Assembly: GCA_034189385.1 (NCBI GenBank)
Contig: JAXHVD010000018.1
Coordinates: 1-64,000 of the forward strand
Origin: Thermodesulfobacteriota bacterium
GTDB lineage: Bacteria; Desulfobacterota; Desulfobacteria; Desulfobacterales; C00003060
Length of the DNA stretch: 64,000 bases
Reading direction: 5' to 3'
Under the pieces are notes generated by a model. It did not search any database. It saw only the letters and a program-made list of their open reading frames with translations, and was not told the DNA's origin. Both the position numbers and the translations under genes were made by a program. This document shows positions 17,785-26,841 of this stretch, one piece after another. Position 1 is the stretch's first letter; each line of letters starts with the position of its first letter.

Positions 17785-19452
17785 ATGATCGGCAGGGCAA
17801 AAACGGTAGTTATTGTCCTACAGCCGGCGGATGAGCGCCCGGCCTTGGTGACTGAAATCATAGCACGGATTTCTGATAATGGTGAGGGTGATCGTCTGGT
17901 CTTTCGCGGGCCAGTCAGCTTCAAGGCTGGAACCAGGCAACATTTGCGCTCAGTGGTCCTACCTATCATTGACAACATCAGAGATCACCTGGCTGTACCA
18001 AGGATGAATTATAAGATCTCAGCCGTAAACCTAGGTGCCACGGCATCGCATGGCCTGGGGCTTGAGATCTGCGGATTCTCTGCAGATCTTCCCGTGTTGC
18101 TTGCTCTACTGTCTGCTTCGTTTAGGGTGACTCTTAAGGAAGATATAGTGAGCACCGGGCACGTTGCGTCGCTGGATGGTGACGTTGTGCCTGTCAGCGG
18201 AATCTCAGTGAAGCTTGAAGCAGTACTTGCGTCGCAAGAAGTGTCCGCCTTTGTAATTCCTGACCTGGGAAAGGACCGATCCTCACAGTTGCTGACACCT
18301 GTAGAATACAAATCAGCACAAGAGAGTCTGCTTCGCCACAAAGGCGACATAAAGATTCATACCATCAATGGTGTGGACGATGCCGTACGGATCTTCATGA
18401 CCGATGAATCGATAGTCCTGGGCAGTTTAAAAGCCGGGTTCTTTGATGCCAAACCGGCTGTGGCTGACCCCCAGAGTCCGGTGAACAGAAGCGTGAAGTT
18501 GCTTGTTGATGACAATGAAAAGAGGTTCTGGAAACTTGTTTCAGATTCTCTTTTGAATCGGCGCATCGGAAAAGCCAGGTCTGCTCTTCAAGACTATGTT
18601 GATTTCCACATCACAGACCACTGCTATCCCAAAAGGTTTGGTGAACATTTGCTTCGCCTGGTGATCTCTCTGCCGCCCTCGATACTTAAGCTTGATGATG
18701 TTTTCCCGCTGGTTCCGATGGAGTCATACATCAGGCTCACTCAGTTTGCTCAAAAATGTGATTACCAGGATGTTCGGCAGCTTCACAAAGCGCTATTCGG
18801 CGAGGGAGTTGGGACTGTCCGTCATTCCACAGTCAAGTCCGTCGCGAAACAGCCATGCGAAGGTGATAACCAAACCGAGTTGTTTGAAAGGCTCATGGCC
18901 GAACTGAGCGAAGAGAACCTCGCCAAGAAGGTCGGGCAGCCGCTGGACAAAGCCCGGGCGAGTTACATAGCGGAAGCAGTTACGGTTAAGGACAGCTTTG
19001 AATTCAATGATACGATCACCAGCTTCTACGCTCACATGTTACGCCACACGTCCTCACCGGCAGGAACCGTGAAGAAAACTGCCATTTCTGCTGAAGCCAT
19101 TGACCTAGTGTCAAAGGCTTTTAACCCCAAAGGAGGCTACAGGGCTGCTCTCGCCGAGGGGCGGCACGCCACAAATGGCGGGATGCGCCGGGTCTTCGAT
19201 GGCATGACGGAATGTCTCAAGCAAGTAGCAAGAGAGAAGTACATCAACAGGATTTTCAAAGAAACAGTGGACCCGCGCGACTGGGATGCCAAGGTTAAGC
19301 TCATGGAGGCATTCATGGGCGGCATCGGAAAGGAGTTGCCAGCTGACCTGCAAGGGCTGCCTGCAAAGCAGCTTGCAGGTCATTGGGAGACGATCATAGA
19401 GCATTACGGCAGACTGAAAGCAGAAATCTCAGATCTGCTGAAAAGGCTTTGA
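17785..19452 (+). CDS. Lon/S16-type protease domain fused to helical domains (no AAA+ module)
   Basis: ICGFSADLPVLLALLSA...IVSTGHVASLDGDVVPVSGISVKLEA matches Lon DGPSAG...TGEI.L.G.V.P.GG..EK, with the Ser-Lys dyad positions retained. C-terminal ~190 aa is paralogous to the next genes. Confidence 0.72.
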   Translation: MIGRAKTVVIVLQPADERPALVTEIIARISDNGEGDRLVFRGPVSFKAGTRQHLRSVVLPIIDNIRDHLAVPRMNYKISAVNLGATASHGLGLEICGFSADLPVLLALLSASFRVTLKEDIVSTGHVASLDGDVVPVSGISVKLEAVLASQEVSAFVIPDLGKDRSSQLLTPVEYKSAQESLLRHKGDIKIHTINGVDDAVRIFMTDESIVLGSLKAGFFDAKPAVADPQSPVNRSVKLLVDDNEKRFWKLVSDSLLNRRIGKARSALQDYVDFHITDHCYPKRFGEHLLRLVISLPPSILKLDDVFPLVPMESYIRLTQFAQKCDYQDVRQLHKALFGEGVGTVRHSTVKSVAKQPCEGDNQTELFERLMAELSEENLAKKVGQPLDKARASYIAEAVTVKDSFEFNDTITSFYAHMLRHTSSPAGTVKKTAISAEAIDLVSKAFNPKGGYRAALAEGRHATNGGMRRVFDGMTECLKQVAREKYINRIFKETVDPRDWDAKVKLMEAFMGGIGKELPADLQGLPAKQLAGHWETIIEHYGRLKAEISDLLKRL

Positions 19453-19473
19453 AGAAAAGCCAGGGAGGAGAAA

Positions 19474-20055
19474 ATGGGCTCACTGGAATATCTGCTCACC
19501 GCAACAGATGAGATGGCTATCGCCAGAAGCGTGGGAAGTCCTCACGATGAGGCACGCATGCGTTATGCTCTCCACAGCAACAGTGTAGAGAGTTTTGAGG
19601 AATTCACGGACGTGATTACCGATTACTACAACTACCACGTCGGTCGATGTGTAGTCCATGGGGGATATCTATCTCGTACTGAGGCAGCCGGGCGAGCCAA
19701 AGAAATCCTGGATCGAGAATACCGACGTCAGGGCGGAGACATAATCTCTGCCTACAAGGATGCCCGTGACGGCACCAGCGGCGGTTTGAGAGTGGTGTTG
19801 GATAGAATAGCAGAACATCTTAAGGCGGAATCAGTGGAGCGATATATTCGAGAGGCCTTTGACAGGTACGTGGAACCCAATTCATGGGAGCAGAAAGTGG
19901 ATATCATCCACCAGTTTATCGCCCAATGTGGCCAGCATCTCTCGTCCTCGATGCGCACAGACCAACCGGAAAGGTATGCCCACAATTATCAGGAACTCAT
20001 CAGGACGTATGTGGAATCGTTGAAGAAGACATCATCCGTTTTCAGACGGTTGTAA
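19474..20055 (+). CDS. Hypothetical all-helical protein, paralogue 2 of a local ~190-aa domain family
   Basis: GGAGGAG RBS; aligns by eye with the C-terminus of 17785..19452. Confidence 0.8.
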   Translation: MGSLEYLLTATDEMAIARSVGSPHDEARMRYALHSNSVESFEEFTDVITDYYNYHVGRCVVHGGYLSRTEAAGRAKEILDREYRRQGGDIISAYKDARDGTSGGLRVVLDRIAEHLKAESVERYIREAFDRYVEPNSWEQKVDIIHQFIAQCGQHLSSSMRTDQPERYAHNYQELIRTYVESLKKTSSVFRRL

Positions 20056-20069
20056 TTTAAGGGACTAAA

Positions 20070-20648
20070 ATGTCAACAAAACTCGAGCAACTTCTGGAAA
20101 GCATCGACCCGTCCCGGACCGTTGACGAAGTATCAGCCAGGGTAGACCAGGCCATTAATTCCTTCTCCGTGCAGAGAGCTATTATAGAGGACTGGAATGA
20201 ATACGAGAGTTTTCTCTCAGACTTCTACCGTCACCTGTTGACAACGGTGCTGAGAATCGGCTCCGGCGTCCCCGAAAACAGGGAATTGTACTGGAGTCAA
20301 TGCGCAGATCTTCTCAACAAGGCGTTTGGTACCAGCGGGCACAAGGCAGCCTTTGAGATGGTGAGGACTGGAAAAGAGGGGGGTCTGTATCAAGTCCTCA
20401 AGACCATTGGCGACCTGGTGGCGGAAAAATATGCGAAGAATGAAATTTCGGCGCGGATCTCCGACTACTGGCAAAGTCTCACCGTTGACGGACAGCTGGC
20501 AGCATCAGATGAATACCTGCAGCGATACGGTCACTTACTCCCCCAAGAACTGACTGAAGGGAGCGCTGCCAGGATCAGGGCGAACTTCCCAAAGGTGCTT
20601 GAAGAACACCCCAGCATGGTTCGTCGGATGAGACAAATTGGAAGGTAA
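20070..20648 (+). CDS. Hypothetical all-helical protein, paralogue 3
   Basis: Shares LE.LL, FY.H, GGL..VL and G..LP..L blocks with neighbours. Confidence 0.78.
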   Translation: MSTKLEQLLESIDPSRTVDEVSARVDQAINSFSVQRAIIEDWNEYESFLSDFYRHLLTTVLRIGSGVPENRELYWSQCADLLNKAFGTSGHKAAFEMVRTGKEGGLYQVLKTIGDLVAEKYAKNEISARISDYWQSLTVDGQLAASDEYLQRYGHLLPQELTEGSAARIRANFPKVLEEHPSMVRRMRQIGR

Positions 20649-20742
20649 TATGCAGCCTCCTTAGACTTCAGCTGAAACACACGTCCCCTTTCTGCCGCTT
20701 ACAGGTCACAAGCCACACTTAGGCGTAGAAAGGAGGAGGGCC

Positions 20743-23202
20743 GTGTCAGTTGAACAGTCTCTCATCGTCCAGGCGAGGCCCCATATGATGGCGGCAAGAG
20801 CAGAAGCGCTCTTGCGCCAGGAGGTTGCCAAGGGTTGTTCGCCAGACATAATGACAGGCCCTGTCGCCCTTGAACCACGTTACCTGCCCTTCACTGAAGC
20901 CCCCGAGCTCTTGTCAGGCCAAGTTCATGACAATCCCGTCCCCGAAGCGCTTTTCAAGCCCGGCGAACTTGTGCGAACCCAAATCTGGCTCTCCCCTGAA
21001 GAGGAATTCAGCTGGCTTCATTCAGAACTGTTTCTGAAACAACTTGGTAGTGCAAGCCACCGAATAGGATTTGAGATACTGGGTAACGTCCAGGGAATCC
21101 GGCTTCAGTTTCTAGTGCATCACAGAGACCTGCCCATCCTGGAAACGGCTTTCCGCGGGCACTTTGAGCGGTGCGAACTATCGGCTCCATCAGCTGTCCA
21201 CTCTGCGGGCATCACTGGAGAGCGCGGCGATGAAATCACATTCCTGGATTGCTATCCACCCCCTCCATATTCGCACCTCTTAACCCGTCCGGATGAGCTC
21301 AAGATTACAACGTATCAATCCCTGGTGGTGGCGCTGATGGGTATCGAACCCCCGGCCACGGGCTTCTACCAGGCACTTTTCCAGCCCGTCAACGCCCGCC
21401 ATTGCTGGCACCGTAACGTCAGGGTGCTGCTGGATATCGAGTATAACCTCAAACTAATCAGCGGCGTACAGCTACCCCAAAGGTACCTCCAGCAAGCCCC
21501 TTCCGGAGATTTGCACCACATGGCCCGGGAGCTGGAAACCAAGGCCCACAACGACAAGCCTCTCTACGCCCTGGCTCTGCGCATAGGGGTGGCATCGCCA
21601 GGCAAGGACGGCTCCGACCATGTCAAGGTTCTTGCCACATTCCTTAACCTTTTTCAGCACGGCGGCAGGCCGCTCAAGTACGTGACCGACAAAGACTACA
21701 GCGCAGTGCTTTCTCGGGACACGATTACGGAGATGTTCACCATTGGCGCCACCTATCGTCCAGGGTTCCTGGTCAACTCCGCAGAACTGACAGGGCCGGT
21801 GCACATCCCACCAGCGGAGATTTTAGAGTATCATAACCCGCCACTGCCAGTCCTTGAAACACTGCCTGTGCGAAATGCCAACCTCCATTCCGGGACTCCA
21901 ATAGGGACATGCGTGTATGCCGGTATTGAACAACCTGTCTGCATACCTCTTGATGTCCGCTCCAGGTCCACACACATTATCGGTAAACCCGGAACCACCA
22001 AGTCCACAACAATGGCCAGGATGGTGCTCGACGATATCGACAAAGGAATAGGTGTGGCGGTACTCGATCCCCACGGCGATTTGGTTGAGGCGCTTCTCTG
22101 CTTGATAAAGGAGAAGCACGTTGAAAGAACGATATACTTTGATCCTGGAGACCCTAATCATGTGCCGATATGGAATCCGCTGAAAAAGAGCGCCGGCCAG
22201 GATTTGAGTCGAACCGCAGACGATCTGGTGGCGGCCATCAAAAGCGTTGTTACGGGCTGGGGAGATCGTATGGAGCACCTGCTCAGACACGGCCTCTATG
22301 CGTTGCTTCAGCTGTCCGACAGCACGCTGCTTGACCTATCCAACCTACTTCGTCGCAAGACCGACGAGAGCGAGCGCCTGCGAAAAGAGATTCTCGATGT
22401 GGTTGATAACCAGACTGCTTACCTGTTCTGGAAGAACGATTTTAACCGTTATTCCAATGAGGCTTTGGATCCTCCCAAGCATAAGCTGAGCAAGCTTCTT
22501 GTCGCCGGCACAGTGTCGCTCATGCTCTCTCAGCCCGAGAGCCTGATCGACTTCCGCCAGGCCATGGACGAAGGGAAGGTTCTCCTCGTCAATCTTGCCA
22601 GGATTGGTTCCGAAGTACGAGAAATACTTGGATGTTTCATGCTCTCGCAATTCCACCTTATGGCTTTAGGCCGGAGCGACACTTCTGCTGCCAACCGCAG
22701 GCAGTTTCACATCTATGCCGATGAGGCTCACCGATTCATCACGGAAGCGCTGGAAGACCTCATCGCTGAGACAAGAAAGTTTGGCGTAAGCCTCACGCTT
22801 GCCCATCACTATCTGAGGCAATTCGCCGCCAGGCAGATTGACGCCCTGTCGAGCACAGCAGCTACCATTATTATGAATGTGGATTCAAATGACGCACGGC
22901 ACTTGACCAAAGACCTGCAAAATCTCGTTCACCGTGATGACTTAATCACGTTGGAGGTAGGAGAGGCAATAGCACGAATCGGCACAGATATTATCAGGTT
23001 TAAGACTCACGGTCCCTTGCAGATTCCCGAGCGCAACTTCAAAGCTGCAATCATCAAGCGCTCTCAAGATCTTTATTATAAGCCGGTGCACGCCGTGCAA
23101 AGCGCCATACGGCAACAGGACAATCGCTGGAACAGGACATTCTCACCGCTTACAGCCGCCAAAACCGGGGATGTCGAGGAGTTTTTCTATGATGAATTCT
23201 GA
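20743..23202 (+). CDS. VirD4/TrwB/HerA-like P-loop ATPase (type IV coupling-protein-like), no evident TM anchor
   Basis: RSTHIIGKPGTTKSTT (variant Walker A), GVAVLDPHGDL, WNPL, Walker B HIYADEAH, ETRKFGVSLTLAHHYLRQ. Confidence 0.82.
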   Translation: MSVEQSLIVQARPHMMAARAEALLRQEVAKGCSPDIMTGPVALEPRYLPFTEAPELLSGQVHDNPVPEALFKPGELVRTQIWLSPEEEFSWLHSELFLKQLGSASHRIGFEILGNVQGIRLQFLVHHRDLPILETAFRGHFERCELSAPSAVHSAGITGERGDEITFLDCYPPPPYSHLLTRPDELKITTYQSLVVALMGIEPPATGFYQALFQPVNARHCWHRNVRVLLDIEYNLKLISGVQLPQRYLQQAPSGDLHHMARELETKAHNDKPLYALALRIGVASPGKDGSDHVKVLATFLNLFQHGGRPLKYVTDKDYSAVLSRDTITEMFTIGATYRPGFLVNSAELTGPVHIPPAEILEYHNPPLPVLETLPVRNANLHSGTPIGTCVYAGIEQPVCIPLDVRSRSTHIIGKPGTTKSTTMARMVLDDIDKGIGVAVLDPHGDLVEALLCLIKEKHVERTIYFDPGDPNHVPIWNPLKKSAGQDLSRTADDLVAAIKSVVTGWGDRMEHLLRHGLYALLQLSDSTLLDLSNLLRRKTDESERLRKEILDVVDNQTAYLFWKNDFNRYSNEALDPPKHKLSKLLVAGTVSLMLSQPESLIDFRQAMDEGKVLLVNLARIGSEVREILGCFMLSQFHLMALGRSDTSAANRRQFHIYADEAHRFITEALEDLIAETRKFGVSLTLAHHYLRQFAARQIDALSSTAATIIMNVDSNDARHLTKDLQNLVHRDDLITLEVGEAIARIGTDIIRFKTHGPLQIPERNFKAAIIKRSQDLYYKPVHAVQSAIRQQDNRWNRTFSPLTAAKTGDVEEFFYDEF

Positions 23203-23821
23203 TCACGCCAAGGCGCTCAAGAAGGTTGTTAATGTAATTTTTGAGCTTCTTACGGAGGAGCGGATCTCCAGTGAAATAGATGAGCCCATCGAGCTGGCCG
23301 CTCAGAGTTTTCGCTTCAAAGCCCCGAAGCGTATTTCCCATCCGGTCTTCAACAGGGTAATTGCCGGATTTGTCCGCCACATCTACGAAAAAGGGATTCG
23401 CCTACGACGGTATCTTTCTGAAAAAGAGGCTCTGGGAGAAGCCATTTTTCTCGTTCAACATGTCTCAAACCTTGATCAGGCAGCGGATTACGAGACAAAT
23501 TTGGTCAATGTGACGAACAAGAAGCTGGAAGGCCTTGAGCTGGTTCTGTCAGAGCTGGCAGAGACGATAAAGGCCTTGGAAAGGCAAAAGTATATTGAAT
23601 GGGTCTTCGCCTACCACGTTGATCAACTGGACTGGAAGACACGCTGCTTTATCGTCGAGACCTATTTTGAGGAAAACAAAGCAATCCTTCCCCCTCAACT
23701 GCTGGACTTGGATCCTGCCCAACTTGCCTTGCACTGGCGCGACCTGATCATTAACCACCTGTCCACAGATCGGCTCGTCAAACAGGTCCTTGGTTCTGAT
23801 GGGCCCATTCGATTCGACTGA
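23189..23821 (+). CDS. Hypothetical all-helical protein, paralogue 4
   Basis: GAGGAG RBS before ATG 23189; RQKYIEWVF..VD..DW and LPPQL.DL.PAQLA.HW closely match REKYINRIF..VDP.DW and LPADL.GL.AKQLA.HW in 17785..19452. Confidence 0.8.
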   Translation: MMNSDHAKALKKVVNVIFELLTEERISSEIDEPIELAAQSFRFKAPKRISHPVFNRVIAGFVRHIYEKGIRLRRYLSEKEALGEAIFLVQHVSNLDQAADYETNLVNVTNKKLEGLELVLSELAETIKALERQKYIEWVFAYHVDQLDWKTRCFIVETYFEENKAILPPQLLDLDPAQLALHWRDLIINHLSTDRLVKQVLGSDGPIRFD

Positions 23822-23909
23822 AACACCCTGCCCATTTCATCCGCAAACAGGGGAAAAGCCCCGAACCCAATTTTCTGGAGGTTCGGGACTTAGCCCAGCG
23901 GATGAGAAG

Positions 23910-24971
23910 ATGAGCACATCAGCCAAAAACGAAAGAACAACAGAGGAAAAGGTTGCGCTTTTCAGGTCATACTTTTCCGGGCAGACCGACTTTTACGGGA
24001 CCTATGACCCGGCGACTGGGCGCTCATGGCAGGAGAAAAGGCCCATTACGTATGACACGATCCTCGCCCACCTTCAGGGCAGACAACCATGCGGCATTTA
24101 TCTTCTGGTTGGAGACCGTACCCGGGCAATTGCAGTCGATTTCGATGATTCGGACAATTGGACACCAGTTCAGTTCGTAGGCGTGGCCAAGCATTTAGGG
24201 CTGCCTGCCTATATTGAAACCAGCAAATCCAAGGGGTTTCACGTCTGGATTTTCTTCTCAGAAAAGGGTGTAAAAGCCTCAAAGGCAAGGATCGTGGTCA
24301 AAAACATCCTCCACGAAATCGAGCGGCCTGACACAGAGGTATTCCCCAAGCAGGACTCCCTGGGCACACAGACTTCGTTTGGCAGCTTCATAAATGCTCC
24401 ACTTTTCGGGCGCCTCGTGAACTTGGGAAAGACAGTCTTTATCGATGCAAAAACGCTCGTTCCCCACGCTGACCAGTGGGCCTTTCTTGAATCGATTGAG
24501 CGGGTCGGCGAAGACGTTCTGGACGGCATCATAGATATGAATGATTGGCCAGCGCACGAAGCTGTGCCTCAGCCCTCAACAAACGGCCCTAACAATGGTG
24601 GGGCTAACCGGTTCGGTCTTCCCCCATGCGCCCGCAAGATGTTGCAAGACGGTGTGGAAAAATTTCAAAGAGTAAGCTGCTTCCGTCTCGCCGTCCATCT
24701 TAAGAGGATCGGGTTCCCGTACGACATGGCACTGGCGGCTTTAACCAAATGGGCGCGGAAGAACAGACCCACTGACGGCAAAGGAGTTATCCGGGAGTCC
24801 GAAATCCTGGCTCAAACATCCTACGCCTACGAACATGCATACACCGGATATGGATGCAAGAGCTCTGCCATAAAACCCTTCTGTGAATCATCTTGTCCTG
24901 TAAAACAATGGATAAAGGACAGGGATAGCGTTTCACCTGACCAGACGGAACACCGAAAAGGGGTTTCATGA
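23910..24971 (+). CDS. Archaeo-eukaryotic primase (AEP) domain protein with Cys-rich C-terminal domain
   Basis: AHLQG..PCGIY, AVDFDD, ETSKSKGFHVWIFF, EVFPKQD, FINAPL are AEP motifs; C-terminal LPPC...YGC...FC..SC is reminiscent of the PriL Fe-S domain. Confidence 0.78.
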   Translation: MSTSAKNERTTEEKVALFRSYFSGQTDFYGTYDPATGRSWQEKRPITYDTILAHLQGRQPCGIYLLVGDRTRAIAVDFDDSDNWTPVQFVGVAKHLGLPAYIETSKSKGFHVWIFFSEKGVKASKARIVVKNILHEIERPDTEVFPKQDSLGTQTSFGSFINAPLFGRLVNLGKTVFIDAKTLVPHADQWAFLESIERVGEDVLDGIIDMNDWPAHEAVPQPSTNGPNNGGANRFGLPPCARKMLQDGVEKFQRVSCFRLAVHLKRIGFPYDMALAALTKWARKNRPTDGKGVIRESEILAQTSYAYEHAYTGYGCKSSAIKPFCESSCPVKQWIKDRDSVSPDQTEHRKGVS

Positions 24972-25014
24972 GACCTAAAGGTTCTTTCCGCTAACTACCG
25001 AGGCTGCTTCAGCG

Positions 25015-25305
25015 ATGGCTATTATGGAAGAATACCTGACTGTAAGGGAACTGAGCGAGCGGATCAAATTCTCAAAACGGACTTTGTACAACTTGATCTA
25101 TGAAGGGATTCTTGTGCGAGGGAAACATTACATAAAGCCAAGGCCTAAGAAGATTCTATTCAAATGGTCGGCCATCCAAGCATGGATCGAACAACCCCTA
25201 GGCTCAGAGGACGAAGCCCCCTGTGAACCTCGCCTAGGAGACACTCCTGCTGCGTCAAGTGAGATGCTTTGTTCAAACCAGCCCAAGAGCTCGATCAACA
25301 TCTAA
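25015..25305 (+). CDS. Excisionase/AlpA-like HTH DNA-binding protein
   Basis: YLTVRELSERIKFSKRTLYNLI winged-HTH, directly upstream of the integrase. Confidence 0.8.
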   Translation: MAIMEEYLTVRELSERIKFSKRTLYNLIYEGILVRGKHYIKPRPKKILFKWSAIQAWIEQPLGSEDEAPCEPRLGDTPAASSEMLCSNQPKSSINI

Positions 25306-25397
25306 AACCTCCTTCCCTTGCATGTGGGTAAGTTTCTTGCTAGAACCGATTCGGTGAAAATCAGCGGAAGGAGGTGGTAATAGGAAGGAGTGCAGCC

Positions 25398-26756
25398 ATG
25401 GTCATTGGTAATGATTCAATGGCACGAGTCATCCCTTTTCCCAAATCGAGACAACCCTCCAGACCCAAACGCCATAGAGCCAGCCTGAACGTGAATAGGG
25501 AGGGCTCGGTGCGTAAGATCAACGGGAAGGTTTGGGTAGACTTCTGTTATATGGGAGAAAGGGTAAGGGAATCATCAGAACTCGCGTGGAATGAAAAGAA
25601 CGCCAAGGCAGTCAGACAACAACTGAACAGGATAACGGTTGCGATAAAAAACGGGTCTTTTATCTTCGCCCATGTCTTTCCTAAGAGCCAAAAGGCGCGT
25701 TATTTCACTGAAAAAGAAAGGGCTTTGTCTGATAAAGAGGAGATTTCAGATAAAGGTCACTTAAATCCAAATCAAGTTCTTTTCAAAGACTATGTGTGGA
25801 CATGGTACGACTTGCTTAAGAACTCTGGGCGGGTGTCAGGACGCACATTGCTGGGATATAAGGCCTATATTAATCTCTATTTGGCCCCCTTTTTTGGTGA
25901 GATGTCATTTGAAAGCCTCGATATAGGCTCTTTTGAGAGATTCATTTCATGGGCTCGAAAACAACGGTACAGAAAAAGACCCATCTGCAACGCAACCATT
26001 AACAAGTGCTTTGTCCCCTTAAAGACAATCTGCAAGAGCGCGGCTGTCCAATATGGGTGGGGCGAGACTTACAATCCTTTTTTTGGCTTCAAAAAGCTGC
26101 CTGAAGGAGATCCTCTGGAAAAAATCTTCCCCTTCTCCTTCGAAGAACAACGCATGCTCTTGGCGGAACTCCCGGATCATTGGAAACCCTACTTCCAATT
26201 TGCATTGTCATCGGGACTTAGGCAGGGCGAATTGATCGCGCTCAAGCCGGAAGACATTGATTGGTCACGAGAGCTTCTCCACATCCGCCGCGCCATGACC
26301 TTTGATGAGAACGGAAAAAGGATCGAAGGCGGCACCAAGAATCGGTACAGCAGAAGGACGATCAAACTGATTCCGGCAATGCTTGAAGGCTTGATAGCTC
26401 AAAAAAGGATCCATGATCAGCTGCAGTGCAGATACTTTTTCTGTGCGCCTAGCGGAAATCCCATAAACACCAGCTACTTAAGGCAGAGGGTTTGGATTTC
26501 CGCACTGGAAAGGGCGGGTGTTACGCTTAGGGCGATGAAGCAAACCAGGCACACATTTGCCACACTAGCCTTAAGCTGTGGCGAAAATCCTTTGTGGATA
26601 GCAAGGGTTATGGGCCATCGGAACACAGAGATGCTGATCAAGGTCTACAGCAAATATGTAGAAAACGTCTGTGGATCTGCGGACGGGAGCCTCCTGAACA
26701 GTGCCTTTCAGGGGAACTCCGGTAAACAAAAAGAAGCATCGGTAAAAACACTTTAG
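25398..26756 (+). CDS. Tyrosine recombinase (phage/island integrase) with N-terminal arm-binding domain
   Basis: SGLRQGELIAL (R), TKN (K), KQTRHTFAT, IARVMGH, VYSKY (Y); adjacent to a tRNA 3' end. Start codon uncertain (25374/25398/25419). Confidence 0.93.
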   Translation: MVIGNDSMARVIPFPKSRQPSRPKRHRASLNVNREGSVRKINGKVWVDFCYMGERVRESSELAWNEKNAKAVRQQLNRITVAIKNGSFIFAHVFPKSQKARYFTEKERALSDKEEISDKGHLNPNQVLFKDYVWTWYDLLKNSGRVSGRTLLGYKAYINLYLAPFFGEMSFESLDIGSFERFISWARKQRYRKRPICNATINKCFVPLKTICKSAAVQYGWGETYNPFFGFKKLPEGDPLEKIFPFSFEEQRMLLAELPDHWKPYFQFALSSGLRQGELIALKPEDIDWSRELLHIRRAMTFDENGKRIEGGTKNRYSRRTIKLIPAMLEGLIAQKRIHDQLQCRYFFCAPSGNPINTSYLRQRVWISALERAGVTLRAMKQTRHTFATLALSCGENPLWIARVMGHRNTEMLIKVYSKYVENVCGSADGSLLNSAFQGNSGKQKEASVKTL

Positions 26757-26787
26757 GCATGATTTAGGCATGATTTAGGCATGATTT
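26752..26787 (+). repeat. Three tandem 11-bp direct repeats TTTAGGCATGA
   Basis: Copies at 26752, 26763 and 26774, between the integrase stop and the tRNA. Confidence 0.9.
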
Positions 26788-26802
26788 GGGTGCAGAAAAG
26801 GA

Positions 26803-26833
26803 AATAGGCTAGCAAAATCTTTGCTAACCTATT
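26803..26833. repeat. Inverted repeat downstream of tRNA-Arg (terminator and/or att-associated site)
   Basis: AATAGGCTAGCAAA-ATC-TTTGCTAACCTATT, one mismatch. Confidence 0.7.
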
Positions 26834-26841
26834 GAAATTCT

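Noticed and set aside
20743..26756. Prophage or complete conjugative ICE
   Set aside because: No capsid/terminase/tail genes and no relaxase or VirB channel genes visible in the window.
26752..26787. Tandem repeats as a possible CRISPR array
   Set aside because: 11-bp units with no spacers and no cas genes; no CRISPR array seen anywhere in the window.
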